From IMG/VR virus record IMGVR_UViG_3300020374_000038, positions 1 through 24,857 of that record: 24,857 bases of DNA; one strand, written 5' to 3'. The position numbers and the translations under genes are program-made. This DNA is from a virus (Duplodnaviria; Caudoviricetes). A model generated the notes under the pieces. The model was not told where the DNA came from. It ran no database searches and saw only the letters and a program-made list of their open reading frames with translations. Below, in pieces: positions 8,394 through 16,862 of this stretch (position 1 is its first letter; every line of letters starts with the position of its first letter).

Positions 8394-9950
8394 ATGGTAC
8401 AATTACTTGGTTTCCAAATAACCAGATCGACCGATCAGGAGAAACCAGCAGAAGCGAAACAAGCGTTTACTGTTGCAACTCCTGATGACGGGACCACTAC
8501 TATATCTGCTGGCGGTTACTTCGGCCAATACTTGGATATGGAAGTTAATGCAAAAAACGACTTCGATTTAATTAGACGATATAGAGAGATTGCCCAACAT
8601 CCTGAATGTGATATGGCAGTTGAAGATATTATTAACGAGGTTATAGTTTCAGATGAGAGAGATAGTGCGGTATCAATATCGCTAGACAAACTTGATATAT
8701 CTGATAATATTAAAACAAAAATTCGTGATGAGTTTTATGAGGTTCTAGGACTAATGAACTTTGATGAAAAAGGTCACGATATATTTAAACGATGGTATAT
8801 TGATGGTCGTATTTACTTTCACAAAGTTATAGATCCAAAAAGTCCAAGAAAAGGACTTACCGAATTACGATACATTGATCCACGAAAAATTAAAAAAGTT
8901 CGTGAGGTGACTAAGGCAAGAGATTCTAAAGGCAAAGGAATTGAAGTTGTAGAGCAAACAGCAGAATGGTTTGTATATAATGAAAAAGGAATGTCTAGTG
9001 CAAACTCAAATGCTGGACTTAAAATATCTACCGATTCAATTTGCTATGTAACTTCTGGTGTAGTTGACGCTACTAAGAATATGGTTATGGGTCATTTGCA
9101 TAAAGCAATTAAACCTGTTAATCAGTTACGAATGATTGAAGACGCTGTTGTTATTTACAGAATAGTAAGAGCGCCTGAAAGAAGAATATTTTATGTTGAT
9201 GTTGGAAATCTTCCTAAAGTAAAAGCAGAATCATATCTTAGAGATGTGATGGCAAGATATAGAAATAAACTTGTATATGACGCTTCTACTGGTGAGATAA
9301 GAGATGACAGAAAGCATATGTCAATGCTCGAAGATTTTTGGTTACCAAGACGAGATGGTACTAAAGGTACCGAAGTTTCGACACTACCTGGTGGTCAAAA
9401 TCTTGGCGAGATATCAGATGTCCAATATTTTCAGAAAAAATTATACAAGTCTTTGAATGTTCCTATATCAAGAATGGAATCAGAAAATGGTTTCAATGTT
9501 GGTAGAAGTGCAGAAATTACAAGAGATGAATTAAAGTTCACTAAATTTGTACAAAGACTTAGAAAAAGATTTACTCAAGTCTTTCACGATATACTTAAAA
9601 CACAATTAGTTTTAAAAGGTATTATCACGATTGAAGATTGGAGTAAGATTAAAGAACATATACAATATGACTATTTAAAAGATGGATATTTTTCAGAATT
9701 AAAAAATGCTGAAATTTTGCGTGAAAGATTAAGTCTTGCGAATGAAGTTAGTCCATACATTGGTAAATTTTATTCAGTAGAATATGTGAGAAAGTATGTG
9801 TTAAGACAAAGTGATGAAGATATTATTGAAATAGATAATCAAATTGCTAAAGAAATTAAAACTGGAATTATTGCACCTCCTCAAGGTGAAACTCTTGACG
9901 ATACTACTAATGATTCCGATATAAATATAGATAATATAGGAGATGAATAA
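8394..9950 (+). CDS. gp20: Portal vertex protein gp20
   Basis: WYIDGRIYFHK, LHKAIKPVNQLRMIEDAVVIYR..RAPERRIFYVDVGNLPK, MLEDFWLPRR, EITRDELKF. Confidence 0.97.
   Translation: MVQLLGFQITRSTDQEKPAEAKQAFTVATPDDGTTTISAGGYFGQYLDMEVNAKNDFDLIRRYREIAQHPECDMAVEDIINEVIVSDERDSAVSISLDKLDISDNIKTKIRDEFYEVLGLMNFDEKGHDIFKRWYIDGRIYFHKVIDPKSPRKGLTELRYIDPRKIKKVREVTKARDSKGKGIEVVEQTAEWFVYNEKGMSSANSNAGLKISTDSICYVTSGVVDATKNMVMGHLHKAIKPVNQLRMIEDAVVIYRIVRAPERRIFYVDVGNLPKVKAESYLRDVMARYRNKLVYDASTGEIRDDRKHMSMLEDFWLPRRDGTKGTEVSTLPGGQNLGEISDVQYFQKKLYKSLNVPISRMESENGFNVGRSAEITRDELKFTKFVQRLRKRFTQVFHDILKTQLVLKGIITIEDWSKIKEHIQYDYLKDGYFSELKNAEILRERLSLANEVSPYIGKFYSVEYVRKYVLRQSDEDIIEIDNQIAKEIKTGIIAPPQGETLDDTTNDSDINIDNIGDE
9920..9927 (+). 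promoter_or_regulatory. Late promoter TATAAATA embedded in the 3' end of gp20
   Basis: Exact consensus, followed by AGGAG (9938-9942) and the ATG at 9953. Confidence 0.75.
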
Positions 9951-9952
9951 TT

Positions 9953-10264
9953 ATGTCTGATAATGAAAATAACATTCCAAACGAGAATGTAAAAGCAATG
10001 GTTGACTCTCTTGCAAGTGGTGACAATGTTGCTGCTCAAGACGCATTTAAAACTGCTTTATCTGATAAGATAGGTGACGCTTTAGATAGTAAAAGAGTTA
10101 ATGTTGCAAATGATTGGTTAAATGCTGCTAACGAAGCAGAAGCAATACAAAATGCTGCTGGTTTAGAGGATGCAGGAGTTGTAAACGAACCTGTTGTGAG
10201 TGCTGAACCTGTAGAAATAGACTCTGAGGAAGAAGATGAGCAACCTACAGTTTCAGAAGTTTAA
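9953..10264 (+). CDS. Prohead core protein, gp67-like
   Basis: Immediately after the portal gene; helical N-terminus (AQDAFKTALSDKIGDALDSKR) with a very acidic C-terminal tail, as in gp67-like proteins. Confidence 0.7.
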   Translation: MSDNENNIPNENVKAMVDSLASGDNVAAQDAFKTALSDKIGDALDSKRVNVANDWLNAANEAEAIQNAAGLEDAGVVNEPVVSAEPVEIDSEEEDEQPTVSEV

Positions 10265-10490
10265 AGGTAAACTATACGAAAGAAAATATATGGGTCCTGA
10301 GGGAACCAAGGAGTATAGAAAACTATCTCCGAGACTAAGACAGGCAATTAGAGATGTTTATGATATGATTGATAAGGTGCCTGATCCTATCTTAAATAAA
10401 ATTGATGGTATTATTGATACCGTTGTAAAAAAACATAGTGTCAAAAAATCTGATATTGAAGATTATTTTGATAACGAATTAATTAAATAA
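10236..10490 (+). CDS. Hypothetical protein, probable prohead core component (gp68 position)
   Basis: SD GAGGA before the ATG, 29-nt overlap with the upstream gene, N-terminal F-x2-F...LYE pattern, location in the head core cluster. Confidence 0.6.
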   Translation: MSNLQFQKFKGKLYERKYMGPEGTKEYRKLSPRLRQAIRDVYDMIDKVPDPILNKIDGIIDTVVKKHSVKKSDIEDYFDNELIK

Positions 10491-10501
10491 GGAAATAAAA
10501 A

Positions 10502-10930
10502 ATGGCAATTGCAACAAGAACACTCAAAGATACGGCATTACAAGCTAGTGGCGGTGCTCAAGGTGGTAAGGTTACTGTTTTAGTAAACATGGACGATAAT
10601 ACTACTGCTAATTCAAACATACTTGACGCAAGTGGTTTGGCAGGACACGCTAACGGTGCAAAATTGGATATCACTAGAATATGGTGGCAGTTAGTACAAG
10701 GTACTGCTGATGATAATACAGGCCATGTACAGATACAATTTAAAGGCGCTTCATCTGACACAACAGCAATTCAACTTGCTGGTACAGGTCACTATGACGG
10801 TACTGCTGGTAAGATTACAAATAATGCGACTAATACAACAGCGACATCAGGAGACCTAGAGTTAAGTGCTTTTGGAACTTCTGGTAGTGTTATTATCGAG
10901 TTAAGAAAAGACGAATCATTTACTGCATAA
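10502..10930 (+). CDS. Putative virion structural protein, paralog 1 of 3
   Basis: Thr/Gly/Ala-rich beta-type protein sharing the DASxL, IWW, LxGxG, INNAT-like, GDL and IIELR blocks with the next two ORFs; SD AAGGA. Confidence 0.7.
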   Translation: MAIATRTLKDTALQASGGAQGGKVTVLVNMDDNTTANSNILDASGLAGHANGAKLDITRIWWQLVQGTADDNTGHVQIQFKGASSDTTAIQLAGTGHYDGTAGKITNNATNTTATSGDLELSAFGTSGSVIIELRKDESFTA

Positions 10931-10935
10931 TTATT

Positions 10936-11283
10936 ATGACTATAACAAATACATCGGTTGTTGATACAACTAAGAAAGCTATTGTTAAGTCAATTGGTGT
11001 AAGTGATGAAGTTGATCAGATAATGGTTGACGCAGAAAAATTAACAAGTGGTAATAATCAGTCTAAAGTAAGTCTGATTGAATGCTTCTATCAAATAGAA
11101 GGCACAGGTACTTTGACAGTTAGTGCTGATAGTGAAACAAACAACTTATCTCTAACAGGTAGAGGTAAGTATGGATTAAGACCAGACGAACCAAAATTTG
11201 GTAACGATGGTCAAATAAAATTAACAACTGACTCGAATGTGTCAAGTTATTTGTTGATAACTGAATTTAGAAGGAATAATTAA
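10936..11283 (+). CDS. Putative virion structural protein, paralog 2 of 3
   Basis: VVDTTKKAIVK, DAEKL, LTGRGKY and LITEFR align with the neighbouring ORFs. Confidence 0.65.
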   Translation: MTITNTSVVDTTKKAIVKSIGVSDEVDQIMVDAEKLTSGNNQSKVSLIECFYQIEGTGTLTVSADSETNNLSLTGRGKYGLRPDEPKFGNDGQIKLTTDSNVSSYLLITEFRRNN

Positions 11284-11702
11284 TGGCTGATACGGTAACA
11301 AGTCAAACGATAGTGGATGTCACAGGAACAAAAACTGTGATGAAGTTTACAAATTTAAGTGATGGTAGTGGTGAAACACTGGTGACAAAAATGGATGCAA
11401 GTGCATTGACATTTATGACCGAGGACGCTACAAAAAAGATTGCGAAAGTTTGGTGGAATGTTAATACATCTTCTGGTAATGCAGGAGTAGAAGTTTTGTG
11501 GGCAGGTAGTGGTACTACTAGTGCAAATGCAACCGCATTATTTTTAAGTGGACAAGGATATTGGGATTTACAAACATCAGGTAATTCTATTCCTAATAAT
11601 GCTACATTAACTGCAAGTACATCGCCTGCGGGTGATATTTTGTTTAGTACGAAAAATTTTGCTGCAAATGATAGTTATACAATAATATTAGAAGTTAGAT
11701 AA
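11283..11702 (+). CDS. Putative virion structural protein, paralog 3 of 3
   Basis: IVDVTGTKTVMK, DASAL, VWW, LSGQGYWD, IPNNAT, GDI, IILEVR; TAATG coupling on both sides. Confidence 0.7.
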   Translation: MADTVTSQTIVDVTGTKTVMKFTNLSDGSGETLVTKMDASALTFMTEDATKKIAKVWWNVNTSSGNAGVEVLWAGSGTTSANATALFLSGQGYWDLQTSGNSIPNNATLTASTSPAGDILFSTKNFAANDSYTIILEVR

Positions 11703-11881
11703 TGAAAAAGAAAAAAGATCATTCAAAAGCTATACTTGAAAGAATTGTGGGAACAAAAAGAAAGACTGATCTTGCAGAAAAATTTAAAGAAGCATTTGCT
11801 GAAAAATACAATATTAAAAGAGAAGAAATTAAACAAGGCATAGTAGATAAAGTTTACAACAAAGAAAAGGTGGAGAGATGA
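11702..11881 (+). CDS. Small basic helical protein, 59 aa (not in ORF track), possibly gp67-related
   Basis: Manual translation MKKKKDHSKAILERIVGTKRKTDLAEKFKEAFAEKYNIKREEIKQGIVDKVYNKEKVER*. TAATG overlap upstream and ATGA overlap with gp21. Confidence 0.75.
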   Translation: MKKKKDHSKAILERIVGTKRKTDLAEKFKEAFAEKYNIKREEIKQGIVDKVYNKEKVER

Positions 11882-12525
11882 AACTAATTACAGAAACAAT
11901 CGAAAATATCGAAGTCTTGACCGAAGAAAAAGACAACGGTAAAAAAGATTATAAAATAAAAGGTGTGTTTATGCAGGCTGATATTAAGAACCGTAATGGT
12001 CGAGTTTATCCAGTTGAAACACTTGCAAAAGAAGTGGCAAGATACACAAAAGAATTTATCAATAAGAAACGAGCATTTGGTGAACTAGGACATCCAGACG
12101 GACCAACAGTAAACCTTGAGCGTGTTTCTCATATGATTACGAGTCTTAAACCAGAAGGTAAAAACTTCATAGGTGAGGCTAAAATAATGGATACACCATA
12201 TGGTAAAATCGTTAAGAATTTAATTGACGAGGGTGCTCAATTAGGCGTATCTTCAAGAGGTATGGGTTCTATTCAAAGAACTAATAACAAAAATGTTGTT
12301 GGTAGGGACTTTTATCTTGCAACTGCTGCTGACATTGTTGCAGACCCTAGTGCACCAGACGCTTTCGTAGAAGGTATCATGGAAGGCAAAGAGTGGGTAT
12401 GGGACAATGGAAGATTAATCAGTAAGTCAGTTGAAGAATACAAAGAAGAAATAGAAAGAACTAAACGCCACGAATTGGCAGTAGTAAAATCTAGAATATT
12501 CAAAGACTTTATATCAAAACTATAA
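11878..12525 (+). CDS. gp21: Prohead protease gp21
   Basis: MKLITE, NRNGRVYP, GELGHPDGP (catalytic His), GVSSRGMGS (catalytic Ser), DIVADPSAPDAFV. Confidence 0.97.
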   Translation: MKLITETIENIEVLTEEKDNGKKDYKIKGVFMQADIKNRNGRVYPVETLAKEVARYTKEFINKKRAFGELGHPDGPTVNLERVSHMITSLKPEGKNFIGEAKIMDTPYGKIVKNLIDEGAQLGVSSRGMGSIQRTNNKNVVGRDFYLATAADIVADPSAPDAFVEGIMEGKEWVWDNGRLISKSVEEYKEEIERTKRHELAVVKSRIFKDFISKL

Positions 12526-12573
12526 AACCTACGCAGATTTATTAGAAAAAGCGTCGGCGAAAATGGTAGTTTG

Positions 12574-12581
12574 TATAAATA
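12574..12581 (+). promoter_or_regulatory. Late promoter TATAAATA for gp22-gp23
   Basis: Exact consensus in the gp21-gp22 spacer; SD AAGGAG before ATG 12628. Confidence 0.85.
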
Positions 12582-12627
12582 ATAGTAAATGAAAATTAAT
12601 TAATTTTTAATATCAAGGAGAGACCGA

Positions 12628-13683
12628 ATGTCTGAAACCGAAGTTAAACAAGAAGTAGAATTAGAGGAAAATGTTGTCGCTAAAGACGCTGCTCCTGCTG
12701 AACCTACTCACCTTAAAAATGACGCTGAAGATTTGGGTGCACCAGTTGTTAAACCAACTGATACTAATCCAGACGCTGCGAAAAAGGTAAAAAAAGTTAA
12801 AGACCAGGTCAGTAAAGATGAGAACGATGGTTCATTACCGAACGATCAAAAACCATCATCTGTTAAAGAAGAAGAAGTTGAAGTAGAAGGCGATGAAGAA
12901 ATCGTTGAAACTGCTGAAACTGAATCAGACGAAACAGAAATTGATCTGTCTGCTGATGTTAAAGCACTAGTTTCAGCTGACGCTGACTTATCTGAAGAAT
13001 TTAAAGATAAGGCTGCGACAATTTTTGAAACTGCTGTTAAAACACGCATTAAGGAACAAACTAAGATTTTAGAATCCCAGTATGAAGAAAAACTTTCAGC
13101 TGAAACTGAAACAGTAAAAGAAGTTATGGTCGAAAAAGTTGACTCATATCTAAACTATGTTGTTGAAGAATGGATGAAAGAAAATGAATTAGCAGTAGAA
13201 AGAGGTATTCGTACTGAAATCGCTGAAGATTTTATTACTGGTCTTAAATCTTTATTCAAAGAACATTATATTGATGTTCCTGAAGAAAAATACAATGTAC
13301 TTGATGACTTAACAAATCAAACCAAAGATTTAGAATCTAAGTTAAACGAACAGATTGAAAAAAATGTTGAATTAACAAAACAGAATTCTGAATTTAACAG
13401 AGCAAATGTAATCGCTGATATTTCATCTGATTTAGCTGAAACTGAAAAAGAGAAATTTGCTTCTATGGCAGAAAATGTTGAGTACGATAGTGCTGAAAAA
13501 TTTAGAGAAAAATTAGAAACTGTTAAAGAATCTTATTTCCCTAAGACAAAATCAGAAATAACAGAAAATTCTGTTGATTCTGTGGCGGCGAATGTTCCTA
13601 GTGATTTCACTAGTGGTCAATCGGATGCTATGGCTGCATACACTGCCGCTATTAATAAAAGCGTTGCTTCAGATACGAAGTAA
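12628..13683 (+). CDS. gp22: Prohead core scaffold protein gp22
   Basis: Acidic coiled-coil with LSEEFKDKAATIFETAV, VDSYLNYVVEEWMKENELAVERG and LETVKESYF; lies between gp21 and gp23. Confidence 0.95.
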   Translation: MSETEVKQEVELEENVVAKDAAPAEPTHLKNDAEDLGAPVVKPTDTNPDAAKKVKKVKDQVSKDENDGSLPNDQKPSSVKEEEVEVEGDEEIVETAETESDETEIDLSADVKALVSADADLSEEFKDKAATIFETAVKTRIKEQTKILESQYEEKLSAETETVKEVMVEKVDSYLNYVVEEWMKENELAVERGIRTEIAEDFITGLKSLFKEHYIDVPEEKYNVLDDLTNQTKDLESKLNEQIEKNVELTKQNSEFNRANVIADISSDLAETEKEKFASMAENVEYDSAEKFREKLETVKESYFPKTKSEITENSVDSVAANVPSDFTSGQSDAMAAYTAAINKSVASDTK

Positions 13684-13731
13684 CGGTGACTAAATTTTTA
13701 ATAACTAAAATAAAATAGGAGAGATAATAAA

Positions 13732-15081
13732 ATGTATCTTACTGAAAATTTACAAGAAAAGTGGCAGCCAGTCTTAGAACATCCAGATTTGCCAAAAATC
13801 GGCGATGCTTATAAGAGAGCTGTTACAACAGTTATTCTTGAAAACCAAGAAAAATCTGTTAGAGAAGATAGAGCATTTATGTCAGAAGCTGCTCCTGCTA
13901 ACGCAATGGGCGCTTCATCTTCAACTGCAAGTGATGGTAATATTGATATATACGATCCAGTATTAATATCACTAGTTAGAAGAGCAATGCCTAATCTAAT
14001 CGCTTACGATATCTGTGGCGTTCAACCGATGACTGGTCCAACTGGACTAATCTTCGCTATGAAGTCAAGATTCGGATCGCAAGCAGGTGCTGAAGCACTA
14101 TTTAACGAAGCTGACACAGACTTCTCAAGTAGAGACGCTGCTGGTGGTTCTGGTTCTCCAGACGCACAGGCTGGTACTAACCCTGCTACACTAAACGACA
14201 GTCCAAGTGCTGGTGCTTATACTACTGGTTCTGGATTCACTACTGCTCAGGCAGAAACACTAGGTGATGGTACTGATGAGTTTGCTGAAATGGCTTTCTC
14301 AATCGACAAAGTAACTGTTACTGCTAAATCTAGAGCACTCAAAGCTGAGTACACTATGGAACTTGCTCAAGACTTAAAAGCAATCCATGGCTTAGACGCA
14401 GAAACAGAACTTGCTAACATCTTATCAAGTGAAATTCTTGCTGAAATCAATCGTGAAGTTGTAAGAACTATTTACGGACACGCTAACAAAGGTGCTGAAG
14501 TAAATACTACTACTGCTGGTATTTTTGACTTAGATACTGACTCTAACGGTCGTTGGTCAGTTGAAAAATTCAAAGGTCTTCTTTTCCAATTGGAAAGAGA
14601 TGCTAATGCAATTGGTCAAAAAACAAGAAGAGGTAAAGGGAACATAATTATTTGTTCTGCTGATGTTGCTTCTGCTTTACAAATGGCTGGCGTACTAGAT
14701 TATGCTCCGGCGTTGAACACAAACTTAAATGTTGACGATACTGGTAATACTTTTGCTGGTACTCTAAACGGAAGATTTAAAGTATATGTTGATCCATATG
14801 CAGCAAATATTTCTGCTAGTCAATACTATGTTGTTGGATACAAAGGAACAAGTCCTTACGATTCAGGTCTGTTTTATTGCCCATATGTTCCACTACAAAT
14901 GGTGAGAGCAGTTGGACAAGACAGCTTCCAACCAAAAATCGGGTTTAAAACTCGTTACGGAATGGTTCAAAATCCATTCGCAACAACTAACGGTGCTGGT
15001 GCTCTAGATAACTCTGGTGCAGTAGCTGCTGGTGACCAAAACATTTATTACAGACGAGTAAAAATTACTAACATTATGTAA
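13732..15081 (+). CDS. gp23: Major capsid protein gp23
   Basis: ILENQE, LVRRAMPNLIAYDICGVQPMTGPTGLIFAM, SRALKAEYTMELAQDLKAIHGLDAE, FYCPYVPL, FQPKIGFKTRYG; probable maturation site FMSE/AAP. Confidence 0.98.
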   Translation: MYLTENLQEKWQPVLEHPDLPKIGDAYKRAVTTVILENQEKSVREDRAFMSEAAPANAMGASSSTASDGNIDIYDPVLISLVRRAMPNLIAYDICGVQPMTGPTGLIFAMKSRFGSQAGAEALFNEADTDFSSRDAAGGSGSPDAQAGTNPATLNDSPSAGAYTTGSGFTTAQAETLGDGTDEFAEMAFSIDKVTVTAKSRALKAEYTMELAQDLKAIHGLDAETELANILSSEILAEINREVVRTIYGHANKGAEVNTTTAGIFDLDTDSNGRWSVEKFKGLLFQLERDANAIGQKTRRGKGNIIICSADVASALQMAGVLDYAPALNTNLNVDDTGNTFAGTLNGRFKVYVDPYAANISASQYYVVGYKGTSPYDSGLFYCPYVPLQMVRAVGQDSFQPKIGFKTRYGMVQNPFATTNGAGALDNSGAVAAGDQNIYYRRVKITNIM

Positions 15082-15107
15082 TTTTACTTATTGTAAATTG
15101 TTTAAAG

Positions 15108-15132
15108 AGGGGGCTTCGGCCCCCTTTTTTTT
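15108..15132 (+). terminator. Rho-independent terminator after gp23
   Basis: AGGGGGC-TTCG-GCCCCCT stem with a cUUCGg tetraloop followed by a run of T. Confidence 0.93.
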
Positions 15133-15146
15133 ACCTCTATAACTAT

Positions 15147-15154
15147 TATAAATA
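15147..15154 (+). promoter_or_regulatory. Late promoter TATAAATA for gp3 (probably leaderless mRNA)
   Basis: Exact consensus directly after the terminator, only 5 nt before ATG 15160, with no SD. Confidence 0.85.
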
Positions 15155-15159
15155 GTAGT

Positions 15160-15759
15160 ATGACTGAAACAAATATTCAAAATAGACAACCCGGAATAAT
15201 GGACTATGCAAGTCCTATACAGTTTAGATTTAAATGTACTAAAATGCCTTTGGTAGAATACTTTTGTCAAACGGCAAATATACCTGGTATAAGTTTAGGG
15301 TCTGCAATTGTTCCGACTTCAATGTATGATTATCCTGTACCTGGAGATAATATATCATATCAAAGTTTTGATATATCATTTCTAGTAGATGAAAATTTAA
15401 ACAACTATAAAGAACTACACGACTGGATAAGTGGTTTAGGTTTTCCTAAAAATCACGAACAGTTTGCAAATTTACAAGGATCTGGTTCTGATAGATTTCC
15501 CGGAACCACTTCAAGCACTGCTGCAACAGGAACATCTGTACCAAAACCTCTTGATGAGGGTGGTATATATGCGGATGCCACATTGTCAATATTAAATAGT
15601 AAAAATATTGTAAAGACTGAAATAAGATTTCAAAACTTATATCCAACTTCTATTGGAAGTTTATCTTATGATGTACAAGCATCCGATGTTGATTACTTGA
15701 GAGTTTCAGCAAGTTTTAATTATTTAAATTATGATATAGTACAAGTTTCTACTACTTAG
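15160..15759 (+). CDS. gp3: Tail completion / tube terminator protein gp3-like
   Basis: SPIQFRF, VEYFCQTANIPGISLG, FLVDENLNNYKELHDWI, FQNLYPTSIGSLSYD; the gp23-gp3-uvsY order is typical of marine T4-like phages. Confidence 0.88.
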   Translation: MTETNIQNRQPGIMDYASPIQFRFKCTKMPLVEYFCQTANIPGISLGSAIVPTSMYDYPVPGDNISYQSFDISFLVDENLNNYKELHDWISGLGFPKNHEQFANLQGSGSDRFPGTTSSTAATGTSVPKPLDEGGIYADATLSILNSKNIVKTEIRFQNLYPTSIGSLSYDVQASDVDYLRVSASFNYLNYDIVQVSTT

Positions 15760-15762
15760 GCC

Positions 15763-15791
15763 TTGACTTTTCACCGATAAGGTGATATAAT
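15763..15791 (+). promoter_or_regulatory. Sigma70-type early promoter for uvsY operon
   Basis: TTGACT-17 bp-TATAAT with extended -10 TG; ATG 7 nt downstream. The spacer contains the inverted repeat TCACC-N5-GGTGA. Confidence 0.85.
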
Positions 15792-15798
15792 ATACACT

Positions 15799-16227
15799 AT
15801 GACATTAGACGAATTACAAGCACAGGTTAGTAAGGATTTTAAATTAGATGATACTGAACTAGATTCAGAATCAATTAAGATACCTCTACTACATAACAAA
15901 TATCTTCAACATTTTAACAAGTTTTCTTTACTCTTAAAAAAGGCAGAGTATGATCATAAAATACTTGTAAGAGAAAAATGGGAATATTATACTGGTAAAG
16001 CAGACGCTTCGGTATACAAAGAAAAACCATTTGATCTTAAAGTATTAAAAGCAGATGTTCATATCTACATTGACTCAGATGAAGAACTACAAAAGGCAGA
16101 TCAAAAAGTTGCCTATCTTAATACTGTGGTTAAGTATTTAGAGCAAGTGTTGAGAAGTATTAATAACAGAACTTTCTTAATTAAGAATGCTATTGAATGG
16201 AAGAAGTTTACTAGCGGGGCAATATAA
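15799..16227 (+). CDS. uvsY: Recombination mediator UvsY
   Basis: LDSESIKIPLLHNKY, KWEYYTGKA, YIDSDEEL, INNRTFLIKNAIEWKKF. Confidence 0.92.
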   Translation: MTLDELQAQVSKDFKLDDTELDSESIKIPLLHNKYLQHFNKFSLLLKKAEYDHKILVREKWEYYTGKADASVYKEKPFDLKVLKADVHIYIDSDEELQKADQKVAYLNTVVKYLEQVLRSINNRTFLIKNAIEWKKFTSGAI

Positions 16228-16862
16228 TGGAACATCAAATAGGATTTCCTACAAACATATTCATAGGTGATAATTTTATCAATTCACTAGAAGGACCAGA
16301 ATATACAGATGGTTTTATTCAAGGTATGAAAAAACATATCGAAAAACTATGGGCAAAAAGAGATAAAAATAAACCAAACTTTCAAACACATCCTTTTCTA
16401 TACAACGAAAAGGAATTTCAACCTTTAGCAGATTTAATTCTAAAAAAGAATTTAGAGAATATGAAAACATTAAAATACAATGTTGAACTTGAAAATCTAT
16501 TCATGTCAGGTATGTGGGCAAATATAATTGCACCTGGCGAAATGCATAGAGCACATACACATTCAAATAATTTATGGAGTGGAGTATATTACTTATATTC
16601 TGATCAAAACGCAGGTATTACTTTTCAAGACCCTAGACCTGCGGCCGATGTACTGGTACCAAGAAAATTAGAACACACCACTGAAAATTCTAATCTATTA
16701 TTATATGCTTCTAAAACAAATAGAGCAATAATATTTCCGTCATGGTTAATGCATTGGGTGAATACAAACACATCAAAAAGTAATCGCATAAGTATATCTT
16801 GGAATATACATATCAAAGGACAAATGGGAGAACACCATGACTTACAATCCGCCATCTATTGA
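16227..16862 (+). CDS. Putative 2OG-Fe(II) oxygenase (TIGR02466-like)
   Basis: MWANI, HRAHTHSN (HxH), WSGVYY, FQDPRP, IIFPSWLMHWV, RISISWN. Confidence 0.88.
   Translation: MEHQIGFPTNIFIGDNFINSLEGPEYTDGFIQGMKKHIEKLWAKRDKNKPNFQTHPFLYNEKEFQPLADLILKKNLENMKTLKYNVELENLFMSGMWANIIAPGEMHRAHTHSNNLWSGVYYLYSDQNAGITFQDPRPAADVLVPRKLEHTTENSNLLLYASKTNRAIIFPSWLMHWVNTNTSKSNRISISWNIHIKGQMGEHHDLQSAIY

Noticed and set aside
4093-9950. Possible inteins, introns or homing endonucleases in gp17, gp18 or gp20
   Set aside because: Lengths are ordinary, frames are continuous, and no splicing or LAGLIDADG/HNH/GIY-YIG motifs were seen.
12528-12557. Imperfect hairpin CCTACGC...GCGTCGG in the gp21-gp22 spacer
   Set aside because: 7-bp stem with a mismatch, 16-nt loop and no U-tract; too weak to call a terminator or ncRNA without comparative support.
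12860-12940. GAA-rich and GAAACT repeats in gp22
   Set aside because: Explained by the Glu-rich low-complexity linker of the scaffold protein; not an independent DNA repeat.
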